DNA of 64,000 nt from NCBI RefSeq assembly GCF_036321535.1, contig NC_087436.1, positions 26,848,001-26,912,000 on the forward strand. The letters are read 5' to 3'. The position numbers and the translations under genes were made by a program. Below, one piece after another: positions 25,653 through 38,726 of the stretch. Numbering within the stretch: the first letter of the stretch is position 1; each line of letters opens with the position of its first letter. The stretch is from Camelus dromedarius (taxonomy: Eukaryota). A model generated the notes under the pieces. That model was given only the letters and a program-made list of their open reading frames with translations. It was not told the origin of the DNA and made no database searches.

Positions 25653-28600
25653 TTATGAATGTGATATAATAAATATTTTTCAAATGTGAATGTTTATATA
25701 CAATTTAGACTATGCACACTTACAGAATAATCTTGATAAAAGTTTTTAATTACATTTAAAATATTTAGTACTATATGCCATATAAAATAAACTCATATAA
25801 AGGATATATACATTTATGGGTATAAATATATATGCACATATATTTTAAATTTAAAAAATGCCTTTAATTAACTTTCTCAACTTTTCTGTCTATAATTTCC
25901 TGTTGAGAATTTATGTTTCTGTCCCTCACTAAATACTGCTCGCTTGACAGCCACCTATTCCGCTGTCTTTCTGTTGATATGATATACACTGGCATTCAGT
26001 AGCTCATACCCACAAGATTGATGATCTTGTTATTCAGGATTTTTTGGAAGCTTTTAGGTTATAAGCTAGATGGGAAGGACAAATCTGCCCAGTCTATTAC
26101 CTCAGTACATGTTTTAATAACAATAAAAGTCATTATGCTTTCCAAGAGGCCATGTTCTTTTATGGAGGCTGATTTGACAAGCTGCAGAGAATTTTCTATG
26201 ATGTGTGGATTTCTGCTTTCAAACATTGAGGTGAATTTTTAATAGTTTTAATAGTTTTTTTTTCTCCTCCTTAGTATGTTTAAGATCAATCTTAATTCTA
26301 AAGTGCTTTTATTTTATGAGTCCTATCCCATTATGAACATTTCTTTCAGAGATTCTTAATATTTTCCATATATATGTATAATAGTTTATGACAATTACAA
26401 TCATACTACTCTCTCACTCCAAAAAACCTTGCCTTGATATTGACTGAAGTGATAGCAGTGAACTTGAGATTCCTGATTTATTATTTTTCATCTGTATTTC
26501 CTCTTGCATTCAAAAAGGTGTTTAATAGTCTGAAATATTAGATTAGCACATACAGTGTTAAAAAATTTTTCGTTTTCCCATTTACTTGGCTTTTCTTTAC
26601 TTTGTCTATTACATCATTTTCTGAGTTAGATCTTACCCTTTCCTCCTCCTTTCTTTGCTCAAAGTCATAACAATGCTACAAACTTACTTTACATGTTTTC
26701 CAAATTCTCAAATGCTATTAGTCTTGTTTATCACATATATACTGAGATACAGGTTCAAAAATCTTTGGTCTATATGGCATTAATACAAAGCAATAGCCAG
26801 TTTTTTTTTTTATTATTATCATTATTAAATATTTAGAGTTATTTACAAATTTTTCTCTCCAATATATTTTTTTATAATTCTTGAACAACAATACTATGTT
26901 TTAGTCAGTCCACTTTAGTCCCTCTATACCAATTAAATTTCTTTGTTGTTGCCTTGATTCATATAGTTATCTGCCCTTCATCTTGATGTTCTCTGTCCTT
27001 TTGTAGACTTTACCCATCCAGCTAGCAGGTAGTCAGCAAAAATAAATGTCATAAATAATATTTCATCTCTTTAAAAATTGTTCTGTGTTATTCCTGCACC
27101 CAATGTCTCCTGTCTTCTTATTCCCCAAATCAATTTATTATATATTATGTTTTACTGCTTAAAACATGTGCAGCCTTGATGAATTCTATAGCTATTTCAT
27201 GCTATAGATTTTATCCCACATCTCCAACCCCCCTTCCCTCCAACCCAATCAACAAATGTGAGCTCATGAAAACCATCTACATTCTGTGTATGTATGTGCC
27301 TCTGTTACCAGAACAAAGCAAGGGGTGAATCAGATATTCTCAAATAAATATTAAACCTATTTTCTCCTAAATAAAGGATGACTTTATTCATGATATATTG
27401 ATCTTTCTAATTTTTTCAATTGAGACTTTTCTGAATTTTTAATTTGAAATTGAGACAAAAACCTTATAGTGTGTCTAATGCCTTTCATTCCATAACAGAA
27501 GACACTTCGCTGCAACTAGATGCTAACGCAAAAATTTATTACAAAAAGGTATTTTCAATAAATTTGTAGTTTTGGTAATAAAACACATATGGCTCTTGAA
27601 GTGAGATTAACCACTGGTTTTAAAGAAATAGTATCTATTATATAGAGATTGTGTCATGTTTAGTCAAAGAGCGGAACCAATCTCTTAAAATTATTATTTG
27701 AAATCCTATAAAGTCCACATTGTGGTGGAATTTTATAAAGTTTATCAGAAACAATAAAAATTAATAGAATTGTTCTCTGGTGGGCTATTTACCTAAATTC
27801 ACATATGAGGACATAGTTAAAAATATTTTTGAACACTTTGAAATTGAATCAGAGAAATTCCAGAAATGTTTTCTCTGATTCCAAATCTTTATTCTAAAAA
27901 TGATTATGATATTTTACAGAAACAACCATGAAAATTAAGGGTTGTCAAATACGGTATTATTAGATTTTGTAGCTTAATAATAATATTTCTGTTTAAAAAT
28001 TCTGTATCAAAGAAATAACAGTAAGTTGAAGCAGCGAAGTTTTTTTTTCATATTTTACTTTGCTATTGCTCCAATTCAGTGTATAAATTCTGTGAGGTGG
28101 TATTTTTTACAAAAAAAAATTATTGTCTTGAGAATTTGACTATTTTCCCTGGGTATATTAAGGATCATTGATAGTGAAACTTATGGTTTAGTTTGGTCTA
28201 ATGGGTAACAGAGATATACTAAATATAGATGAACTAACTGCCTGTGGTTTCATACAAAAATATAAATCTCAATTTATGGACACTAAGTTAATTTGTGATT
28301 TAAATGAAAAAATTACATTTATTAGAAAAATAAAAGGTATGAGGACAGAAGTATTAAGTTGGTCAGAGCATGTAAATAACTTTACCTTAGGGAAGATAAT
28401 ATAACCATTTCCACTAACTTTCAGAATATTAATTGCTCATAAATGTTCATGAATTTATGTGTCACATTAATGGACTTGTTTGAACATGCACAATTTATTC
28501 ATTATTCAACTGCCAGTAATTACGCTGCAGATTTCTCATTCTATACTTCTGCATATTATGTAAACTAACCAATTTGAGGCCTTGTCATTGATTCAGAATT

Positions 28601-29951
28601 CTGCATTTAAATGTAAGGAGAGTAGCTACTATAATAATTGTAATTCACTTTTTTTTTTATTTTCAAAGCGAGGAAGAATGCAAGATGTGTTAGAAGATTT
28701 GTATGCAATCAGTGATAAGTACGAATATAATTTAAATTTTTCCTGTGTGGATAAAAATTGTTTAAAATTTATATTTTTGCTCATTCAATAGCATTTATTT
28801 GGTTACTGTGAATGTTTAAAGGACAAATATTGAAAAAAGTCATGTTAATTTAAATATATATAAAAAACAATCCACTGAACTAAGTAGGATATTTGTTATT
28901 GTGCTTTTTGCTTCCATACATACCAAAAATTGTTTCAAAATTATCTTCCTGTTTTAAAAACCGCTTATGTATAATTAAATGTTTAAACAAAAAAGGGAGT
29001 TTGGGAAAGAATAAGAATAAATATGTTAGTATTTCTGCTTGCTTTAATTGTCAATCACATATAATAGTTGATAATAACTAAAATAATAAGAATTAATCCT
29101 ATTTATGATACTATTTTAATAAGTACACAGTTCGTACTGTTTAAACAACCTGAAAGGCCTTTTTATACCTTTTTAAAGAGAGGTCTTTGGGAATATGAAT
29201 TTGAAACCTAATAATCACAAAACTGACCAATCTGATAACCTCAGTTCAGAAGAACACTGTAAACACAACAGAGTTATTCTGTATTGTTAAATTATAGCCA
29301 CATGCTCAGAAAGGTTTTATTCTGCATGTTTTGAAACAGGGGAGTCAATCACCATATAGCTAAGAGATATATTTGATTAGTATCTTCATATTTTTCCATC
29401 CTTAGCCTCCTGAAACACAAGCCTGGTACCCTGTGGCCCCTTCCATTGTAACTACTATTTACGTGAAAGCAAAGCATGTCATCAAGGAATTCTGTATGTA
29501 ACACAGGTCTCTCTGTTTTAATAAAAATACTGTATGTTGATAAGCCATACATTTTATTTCTGGACCAATTACATGTAGAATAGGTATTTATTTTGTGTTA
29601 AAATTGTTCAAGGAGTATTTCTCATGTTATTCCATTGCCTCCCATTTTAAAAGAACTAAAGGAATAGAAGTCCCTTAATTAGAAGATTCTGTTTTAAAAA
29701 TATGATGCCAGATAGAATATGCAGTATCTAGCAATTAATATTTATTTACTTTTTACTTTCCCAATTACAATAAAAACTCTTTGAGGGCAAAAATTTTCTC
29801 TCTTGTTCTCCATAGTATTTCTAACACAATGTATGGTAACAATAACTATTTCTGAAATAATTAATTCCTTTATGCTACTATGCATTTCTGATATCTACAT
29901 GATAGTTTTACATAAAGCCTTATCCTGACAACCTTAGATTTGTCTAGCAAG

Positions 29952-30037
29952 TATTATGATTTGAATGTTTGTGTCCCCCTAAATTTCAAATGTTGAAATC
30001 CTAATACCCAATGTGGCAGTATCAGAAGATAGGACCT
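29952..30037 (+). mobile_element. MaLR LTR 5' start (MLT1A/B-like), truncated by L1
   Basis: tattatgatttgaatgtttgtgtccccctaaatttcaaatgttgaaatcctaat. Confidence 0.75.
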
Positions 30038-30039
30038 GA

Positions 30040-31155
30040 AGAAGAGCTTCGTGATGGCAGAATAAAAGTCACGGAGCTCATCCTCTCCCATAAATTTATC
30101 AGAAATACATCTACATGTGGAACAATTCTCAAAGAACAGCTACTGAATTTTGGCAGATCTCATACATTCAAAACTACAAGAGAGATTTCCATGTAACCGG
30201 GTAGAACGAAAACAAAACAAAACAGAACTGGGATGGGACCTGTGTCTCAGGAATGGATCAGTGAAAGAGGAAAAATGCCCTCATCCTGGGAAGTTCCTTC
30301 AACAGTGGAGAGATTAGCTGGGACAGAAGGGGAGTTTCAGAGGCTCAAAGGAGAGCACAAAAGCCATTTTGCAGCAGACAGACCAGAGAAACAAGCACAG
30401 AGGTTCCATGCAGTTCTAGCCAAAATGCAGGCCTTCCGGGACAGGGTGCTGAAGGTCGGGCTTCAGAGGACAGACCAGGGGAGAGAACTGGGGTAGGCTG
30501 TGTGGAGACAGCCTGAAGGGGCTTAAGTGAAGTATGAGCTAAAACTTGGAGTGCATGCAGGATGAAGCACAAGTCCACCATAAAAGCCCCATTGTTAACA
30601 TGATCACAAGAAGGGAGGGTCAGAACTTGGCTGTAGCAAACTCCTTCTCCAGGAGCTCACTGAGCACACCCTGCCATAAAAGTCCATTGTTAATGAGCTC
30701 TTGTGAGGGAAGGGATGGCTCCCAGCCATAGCTGTCTCCTTGGATTGCTCTGAAAGGCCTTGACTGCTGGCAGGTTGCCCCCAAGCAGTGGTGGGGCTGA
30801 AATCTGAGCACATTCCCAGGGTCCTAGAAACTATAGAAGGAGGGCTGAAATTTGAGTCCTGTCCCAAGTAGCTTTGGTACTAAAAAAAAAAAAAAACCCT
30901 GTTACCAAAACCCACCACTGGTACTAAAAAAAGACAATGGGTCAATGATGAAAAAAAAAAAAAAAAACTAAACTAAAAATTCCTTGAGACAAATGACAAT
31001 GAAAACACAACCACAGAAAATCTATATTATGTAGCAAAAGCAATCCTAAGAATGAAGTTCATAGTGATACAAGCCTTCAAAAAAACAAGAAAAATCTCAA
31101 ATAAACAATCTAAACTACCACCTTAACAAATTAGAAAAATAAATAAAACCAAAAT
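30040..31155 (+). mobile_element. Rearranged L1: 5'UTR joined directly to an ORF2 segment
   Basis: 30040-30870 resembles a cetartiodactyl L1 5'UTR (gatggc..aaatacatctacatgtggaacaa..ctactgaa). 30919-31155 encodes ORF2 post-endonuclease peptides (QWVNDE; LETNDNENTTTENL; KQEKSQINNL). Confidence 0.75.
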
Positions 31156-31291
31156 CATATGGATGTTATATGAAGCAGAGACAAGACATAATGCTGGATC
31201 TTGCCTAAGTTGAAGACTTGTGAATAAAATAAAATTAATGATTGTTGTTGTTGTAAGATACTATATTTTCGAGTTCTACAACAAGGGATTA

Positions 31292-32170
31292 TCAGAACAC
31301 CTTTATCATATCACCTTCATACTCATTACTGTGACTGCTAGATTGTGGTGACATATTAATCACCAGAGGTTAATATCAGTTCAGATACAGTATCTCTTAA
31401 TTCCAGTAAAGGATCTAGTTACATTTTCTGTAATGTAGTCACCTGTTAAATGGCAACAAGTACTTCTGAGGAAGTTTAGGGAAAGATTCAGAGTATAGAT
31501 CAGTGACTGCATTGCAGGAGAGACTTAGCTTTCCCTTTAATTGAGAGATTTCGGGAATGTAAACAGGTTTGCATCTGAAATAGTTAAGAAGCCATAAATC
31601 GCTTCTATATCTATTCACATTAAGTATCTGCTCATCAGACATAGAATTTATCCACCAATATATGCCAATAGATTTCTTAATAAATTGCCCATCCATCAAA
31701 ATACTTTATTTATTCAATTCTCTTTAATTTGTTGTGTATTGAGTCCACATTATCTGGGAATGTTAAGCACCACCACCTCTGTAATACTTGAATCCCAGTA
31801 ATCTCATTAAGGCCAGAGCACCCAATTTCCATGTAAACATCCTCTGCCATAATATACTTTGAAGGCAGCCACAGAGTTTTCCAGGGATGTTCAGCTACAC
31901 ATATATCAATACCCTGATGAAGGAAGTGTCCAGCTGTATCTCTCAGACTTACGGTTGATAAAGGGCTGAGCAATTTGAACATTCTACCTGCCCATCTCCC
32001 TGAATCTTTGGACTCCTTCCTTTACATAATTCAAGGAAGTCCTGACAATTCATCCTCATAGATTACCATTAAATATTTGGTCCAAGGTTTACAGCCAAAC
32101 TGGCAGAACATCAATGGCACCGCAAGGTGCTCAAGCCAATATAGTCATGTTAATCCTGGATGAATAAATA
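31292..32170 (-). mobile_element. Decayed ERVL internal region (gag-protease; ERV3-16A3/HERV16-like)
   Basis: Minus-strand peptides VKEGVQRFREMG (VEEGIQRLREIG), TSLENSVAAF, DGQFIKKSIGIY..NSMSDEQ (DGQPTK.LLDLY..SEQ), LPQKYLLPF (LPQRDLRPF), RDTVSELILTSGD near 31374-31394 (LDTGSELTLIPGD). Confidence 0.8.
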
Positions 32171-32174
32171 CACA

Positions 32175-32580
32175 TTGCATTAGCTTTTTGTGCTGGAAAA
32201 AAGACTACCACAAACTTACTGCATTTGCTAGCTCAAGTTTCCCTCAGGTCCTCTGATCCCCAGGTTTTTATAGGCTATGAATGAAAGCTGCTCAGGTTCT
32301 AGAGGCAGACTATTGTCCCCTACCATGTGGCCTTCTTCACTGTCTCCATGGTTAGTTCATAACATGACAGTTTGCCTCGTTTAAAACCAGCACAGAAAAT
32401 CTCATGTTCCAGTATGCTAATATGAATTTTCACATAATACAACTAATCAAAGGTGACCTCCCATCACCTTTGTCATATCCTATTGTTTTAGACAAAAATC
32501 ACAGCTGCCTCTCACATTCAAAGGGAGAGAACTTTACAACACTGAATCCCTAGGGGTCACCATAGGTTATGGCTGCCATA
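32175..32580 (-). mobile_element. MaLR LTR (MLT1E/F-like)
   Basis: ctaccacaaactta..., cccatcacctttgtcatatcctattg, cacattcaaagggag. Confidence 0.65.
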
Positions 32581-33416
32581 ATATTCATCAATTAAAGGTT
32601 TTCCTCTTATCTAAAGAATAAGCCCCATAAAAGAAAGAATTTTGTTGAAGAAAATTAGTTCAGCAAAATACTAACAGTCTTACCTATTGTATTATGTTTG
32701 TGTTTTATATTACTTTAACCTTAAAAATTGTAATTGTATATACACATTTTAGGAAAACTGAAGTGTCTGATTTTCTAAGAGAATAATCTTATGAAATTTC
32801 ATTTCTTATTTTTAAATCACCGTGTATTTATAATATATAAAATGTAAGAACAAAAATGAAAATCTGACGAGATCAACAGTTACTGGTTTTTACCACATTT
32901 TATCTGGTATGCATTCCAACAGTATATTTCTCTCTGGCTCCTGACATGTACTTGATTTCAATCCTAAAACATCACATATTTTAGCAGGAGTTTAAAATAG
33001 TTATCTTCCAGTTAGGATGCAGGCGGTGATGGATGCAAGTTGGTTCCCTGGGGACCTTGTTAGAGAAAATCACTCATATGTTCAGTGAGCATTTGAACAA
33101 ATGGACCTGCTGTTCTACCTCTTGCTAGTGTGATTCCTTGATACATGGCCACTGTGTGTGACAACTGATACTGTCATTTAGTTCATAATCATAATATTTC
33201 TAGGCTCAAGTCATAAAAGCTGCATATTAATGCTTCTTTAAAATGTTATCACACATAAGACAGATAAATGAGTAATTTTGGTCCAGGCAGTTATTCAATT
33301 AAAAATAAATGCATGCCCATAGTTGAGGAAATTGAGACACTGTTCTATATATATATATATACATATATATACATTTTTGTATTATGGCATTGTGGAAGGC
33401 TCTAGCTGAGCATGCC

Positions 33417-33441
33417 TCTTGTCGGATTCTTGTCGGATTCT
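33417..33441. repeat. 11-bp tandem duplication (tcttgtcggat x2)
   Basis: Direct reading. Confidence 0.9.
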
Positions 33442-34630
33442 ATTTTTTAGGCAACAGGTGTTTCATTAGAGTGCTTTGCTGCTGTAGATAGGGCTGTATA
33501 ATCATCAGGGAGCATAAATCTATTTATGTCTTGCGTAAAGCTGCCAACAATAACTTTAATCTGGACTTCATGACCTAAAATAAAGCATTTAAGTTGATTC
33601 AACTTAACAAAATAATAAAGATTCCAGGAGATATTTTTATGGATTAAGCATAGAGGTTGCTTAGGTATTCAGTACAAAAGCTAAAAATAAATACCCATAT
33701 ACATCTACAACAGTACAGTCTCCTCAATAGCATTCTTTAAATGGATTCAAATTACGGTTAATTGGATTCCAAAAGGAAAAGGTTTTCCAAAATATATTTC
33801 AAAGACTTTATCTGGTTATTTAATACCACATTCAGAATTCAAATAAGGAATCAAATAATCTAATTTCATCTATATTAACAGACGAGAATAACAACTGAAT
33901 AAACTAGAAACTTAAGTAATACAAAAGCTAACTGTGTTTGGCATTACAATTTGATTTATGCACTTAATTTAAATGCGTATTACTTGAATTTTAGGAATTG
34001 AGTACATTACCACAGACTGAAGTCAAAGCCAATGGAGAACTTGCCTTTGTATCAATTGATCAGCTGTTTTTCTCTCCCAATCAGCACTTTATAGTGACTG
34101 TCACAAACATAGACACTCCAGTGGGTTCACCTGGTTTTAAAAATCTTCTCTTATCAACGCTGGGGATTAGATGTACTTATTCAATAGATTTCAGTCACCT
34201 GTAACATTAACAAATAAGTGTTTATATAATAAAATCTATATGTATAATACAGAATTATCATGAGGCAAATATACAATTATGAATAATCTCATTATTTAGA
34301 ATATTATACATTTTAAACATGACTTTTCTAAATATCTGTTTAATAAAAAATAAACCTGATTATTTAATAATAAAACTAAATAAGTACTATTTGAGTATTT
34401 CAGATACATGTGTATATAATTTGTGAGGTTTATATATTTCAATGATGCATGTGAATACATAAGTACGTGAATAAGTATGTAAATTGCACATATTTAAAAT
34501 ATATTAAAATAGTATGAGTAGTGTCCTGTGAGTTTCAGTTATCTCTGTGTAATTGTCATTACTGTGCTCATCCTATTACTAAAGTTTATAATTCTTGCCC
34601 TTGGCACAATTATGTCGAGATGCATTTCTT

Positions 34631-34780
34631 TTTTTTTTTTTTAACTTTTTTTACTGAATTATAGTCATTTTACAATGTTGTATCAAATTCCAGTGTAGAG
34701 CACAATTTTTCAGTTATACATGAACATTCATATATTCATTGTCACATTTTTTTTTCGCTGTGAGCTACCACAAAATCTTG
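34631..34780 (-). mobile_element. 150-bp L1 3' tip, same family as 24627-25652
   Basis: Near-identical to 24633-24770; poly(T) tail; candidate 6-bp TSD tttctt (34625-34630, 34781-34786). Confidence 0.9.
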
Positions 34781-35530
34781 TTTCTTATGGTTTATTACAT
34801 TCCTCTTTCTTTCTTATCCAACTTACATATGTGTATATTCAGAATATTTCTTTCTAACAGCTTGACGCAGTTATGAAAATAGCCCAAGAGAAGTAGACCA
34901 GGGGAACATATTTAAGCTTCATTTTCAATAAAAAAAAGATATGACTCCTCAGGTATAATATGAATGGTTGAGGATTCAACTAAGAAAACTTAAATTACTT
35001 TATATGACAAATAAATAAAATTTCAAAATAAAAAACTGGCAGGTTTCTGGTTGGAAAAGAATGAACCACAAAATATGGTGGGGTGGCTGAGACCAGAAAG
35101 ATTAGGAGTCAGGGAGAATTTACTGAGAAAGGGGAGAGTCCAAGAAGTTTTCAAGTAAGGCATAAGGTTAAGCATAAGATTTAGAAGAAATATGATGGCT
35201 CATAGGAGGAAACATCCTCTTTATTTCAGTCAAATATATAGTAAGGAAAATGGTTGTCATGGAAATTATTTTTTAAAACATTGAATTTACAAAGTTTATA
35301 CAAGATACTGTCATTAATGAAATAATGCAAGACATAAATTAGAATGTAAAACTCTAACTTTACCCATCTCCTTTCCAACATTCCTGAAGAAAATAATGTT
35401 AACAGCATGGTATATAACCATTTATATAATTTTCTATTTTTTTTTTACCTGTATGCTCAAAATATTTGAAAATGCATATTTTGGGGATTGTTAGCTGTTT
35501 TATTTTATAAAATATAAAGAAATCACATTT

Positions 35531-35864
35531 TAGGTCAATAATTGTATATTTCAAAACTTTGGGGCTAGACGTGCTTCAATATTAAGAATTTTATTCAGAT
35601 TTCAGAAGGATAGTGTGATGCAAGTAACTGATCAGGATTTGTGCAGTGTCCCTTGATCAAACATATCACTATGTCTGCAGTAAAGCATATGGAAATCCAC
35701 ACTAAGTAAAGCAAAACAACATTAGGCAGAAACTTATATCAATTCAGGTTAAGCTTTATCACCAAATTAGTTTACAACAAATTACATTAGTTTACAACAA
35801 ATTCACTTTTCAGAATTTTGCAGGTTAGAGGTTCTGAAATGCAAGTAAGACTTCGTGAACCTAC
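35531..35864 (-). mobile_element. TcMar-Tigger MITE, MER46C-like
   Basis: ttggggctagacgtgcttcaatatt, tcaaacatatcactatgtctgcagtaaagcatatg, cacactaagt, tcaggttaag match the remembered MER46C reverse complement. Internal 18-bp duplication at 35766-35803. Confidence 0.7.
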
Positions 35865-35871
35865 ACGTATA

Positions 35872-36226
35872 CAATCAGCTCTTCATATCTGCAGATTCGG
35901 CATCTGAGGATTCAACCAACAGCAATCAAAAATATTTGGGGAAAATTTTAGAAAATTCCAAAAAGCAAAACTTGAATTTGCAAGGGTAGCTATTTATGTA
36001 GCACTCACATTGCATTTACAACTATTTGGATAGTATTTACATTGTGCTAGGTATTATAAGTAATCTAGAGATGATTAGGTATGCGGGAGGATTGCTAGGT
36101 TATGTGAAAATACTATCCCATTTTAAATGAGGGACTTGATTATCATTAGATTTTTGTATTTGGTTGGGTGATGCATTAGGGTTGTGTCCTGGAAACAATC
36201 TCCCTGAAGATATCAAGGGACAACAG
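35872..36226. mobile_element. TcMar-Tigger MITE, MER2B-like
   Basis: ggattcaaccaac, ttccaaaaagcaaaacttgaatttg, taggtattataagtaatctagagatgatt; TA dinucleotides on both flanks. Confidence 0.85.
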
Positions 36227-36870
36227 TATCACTATGCAGCTGGCTTTTCTTACTTATGTAAAGTCCTTTAGTTTGCTGAATGTAAATTTTAGAAATTATT
36301 TGTGTAGTATTAAAAAGTTTAGTTAAAGCATGCTTTATTTAACATTTTTCAATTGATGAGCATTTAGGACTTTTTGTTGTGCCATTATAGATACAGACAA
36401 GGATAAAATGTTAGTATCAATTTTAAAATAATATTTATTTAAAAAATATTTATCTGAGTTTACATCATCAGACAGCAATTTGGAAAAGTCTGTATTTTAA
36501 GAACCAGAAATGATTTAAAAAAAAAGCATTTGTATACCTTTATTTCTTATCAGGAATTGAAGTGACTTGAAACTAGGCTTTAGTCCCCACGAAAGCAGGT
36601 CCATTCCAGGGCACCCTTAATACCATCATGAGGATTCTTTGCTTCCAACCCCCAGAGTATAAAATTTACCAGAATTCCCTTCCTTGGAAGGCCAAGACAC
36701 TAAATTTGACCACCTAGCCCCAGTAGCATTAGTGAGAAGGGAATGTCTATCATGCTGGCAATGCTCTATTTTTCAAAACTGTCCACTGATTATATGGGTG
36801 TTCAATTTTAGATAATTTATTTAGATGAGCAGTTGTGATTCAGCTTTTTCTGGATGTATAAAATGCATGA

Positions 36871-37025
36871 AAAGACTTAAATATGATTTATCAGTGGAAG
36901 TTATTAATTAGTCAGAGTTATCTCTAAGAGGATTGCATGTCTAAATTTTGTCAGTTTAAATGATAATTTTTGCAATAAAATGTGTAAATATTTTAATGAA
37001 ATTATTAGATTCAGTATAAATTTCT
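36871..37025 (+). repeat. Local direct duplication, copy 1 (155 bp)
   Basis: Aligns to 38570-38726 with about 9 substitutions and 3 small indels (counted by eye). Confidence 0.95.
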
Positions 37026-38569
37026 ATCATCTGCAGTTTTTCAGTTGAATCATGTAAATAAGCAAGAGTTTAAACTCTTTACTTAGTACTTCTACATTAA
37101 AATCAATACAGTAAGTACATATGATACAAAATAGTCTTTACAAATTATTTATACTATAGGACACAAACAGTGATACAATGTCACATAAAGTTTATAAAAT
37201 AGTTCTATTTGTGAATCCATTTTATAAAACAAGTGACAGCATTGGTGACTACAACTGATTTTAGAGAAACTGAGTAGGAAATATGATTAAAGATTTCATA
37301 TTATTAAATCCATTGTTTTATGAGAGGAAATAAAACCTCTTCTTTAAAGAGGACATTAAACTAAATATAAAATTTCTTCATTAGCCATTTAAAGGAGAGG
37401 AACTTATATTGATAGGCCGTTTTTGAATGTCATTACTGAATAGCCCATGTGAAAGACACTGTATTTTCTCTTCAATTGCATTGCTCTAAATACTTTGTTA
37501 AACAATATCAGATATCAATTACTATAGCTGGATTTTTTACATGGTGAGAGACAATTCTTCTTTACAGCATGTTTTTGCTACTTAAATTGCATCTGGTGTT
37601 TTAGAAAGAGTGTGAGCAGATGAGATACATGTACACTGAAAAACAGACACAATTTCTTAAAACACTTTTTCTTCCGAAGTGAAATACAAGCAGAAAGATA
37701 CTTCTACTCATGATCAAATCAGTTTTTAAACTTTCATAAGTATCTCAATTTCAATACAACAGATTTCAAAAATGACTATGTAAGAGTCTTTCTTTTTTTT
37801 AAATTTCTTTGTCCCAAATCTCAGTAGAACAAATCTGAGGTTATATAGGAATATGAGATGATTTTAATTCATTCTCTAATTATTTTATACAACTATTTTC
37901 TGGTATTTCCACTGAGATATTAACTAAAGGACATCCTGCTGACTGTAATAAAAAAGCAAATGTATTTGGTTTTTAATGGCAAAATTGAAGACCTTTATAA
38001 TGATGGAATAATGCCCTCTGTGTTCACCATTTCCAGTGAATCACCTGGTGCAGTGCAATGAGATTTTAGAAATATGTATTAAAACACATTGTATTAATTC
38101 AGTATATTAGTTTCTTAATGAGGTGAGGGTGCTTATAAAAATTTAATAAAAATCTTTTTCAAACTAGAAAACATGTTATTTTAGTAATTCTCTATAATCA
38201 TATTAATTAAATAATCACCATACACAAAGATTTATAATTTCCTAAGTGAGTGGATAATAATTTTTAGAACGTTCAACTCTAAAACTCAGCAAGATAAAAC
38301 AAATCATCTCCTTGTTTGTCTGTGTCGCTCTTAGGGAATGTCAATTTATGGTGAAATGTGAATATATGATTTATAAAGGAAGTCACCATCACTAAGTCTC
38401 AAATGATATGATAAAGTAACAAAAATTTAAATGTTCCATTAATATAACTGGAATAACTTTCAAATTATTTTTAAATATTTGGCAATCTTTTTCTTCAACA
38501 TTGTTGAATAAATGGTATTAATTCCTCAAGTGGAAAGTATTCATAACTACCTAAACACATTTGAGTCTC

Positions 38570-38726
38570 AAAGACTTAAATATAATTTATCAGTGGAAGT
38601 TATTAATTAACCAGTTATCTCTAAGAGGACTGCATGTCTAAAGTTTGTCAGTTTAGTTTAAATTATATCTTTGCAATAAAATATGTAAATATTTTAATGA
38701 AATTATTAGATTCAATATAAATTTCT
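38570..38726 (+). repeat. Local direct duplication, copy 2 (157 bp)
   Basis: Same aaagacttaaatat...tataaatttct sequence as 36871-37025. Confidence 0.95.
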
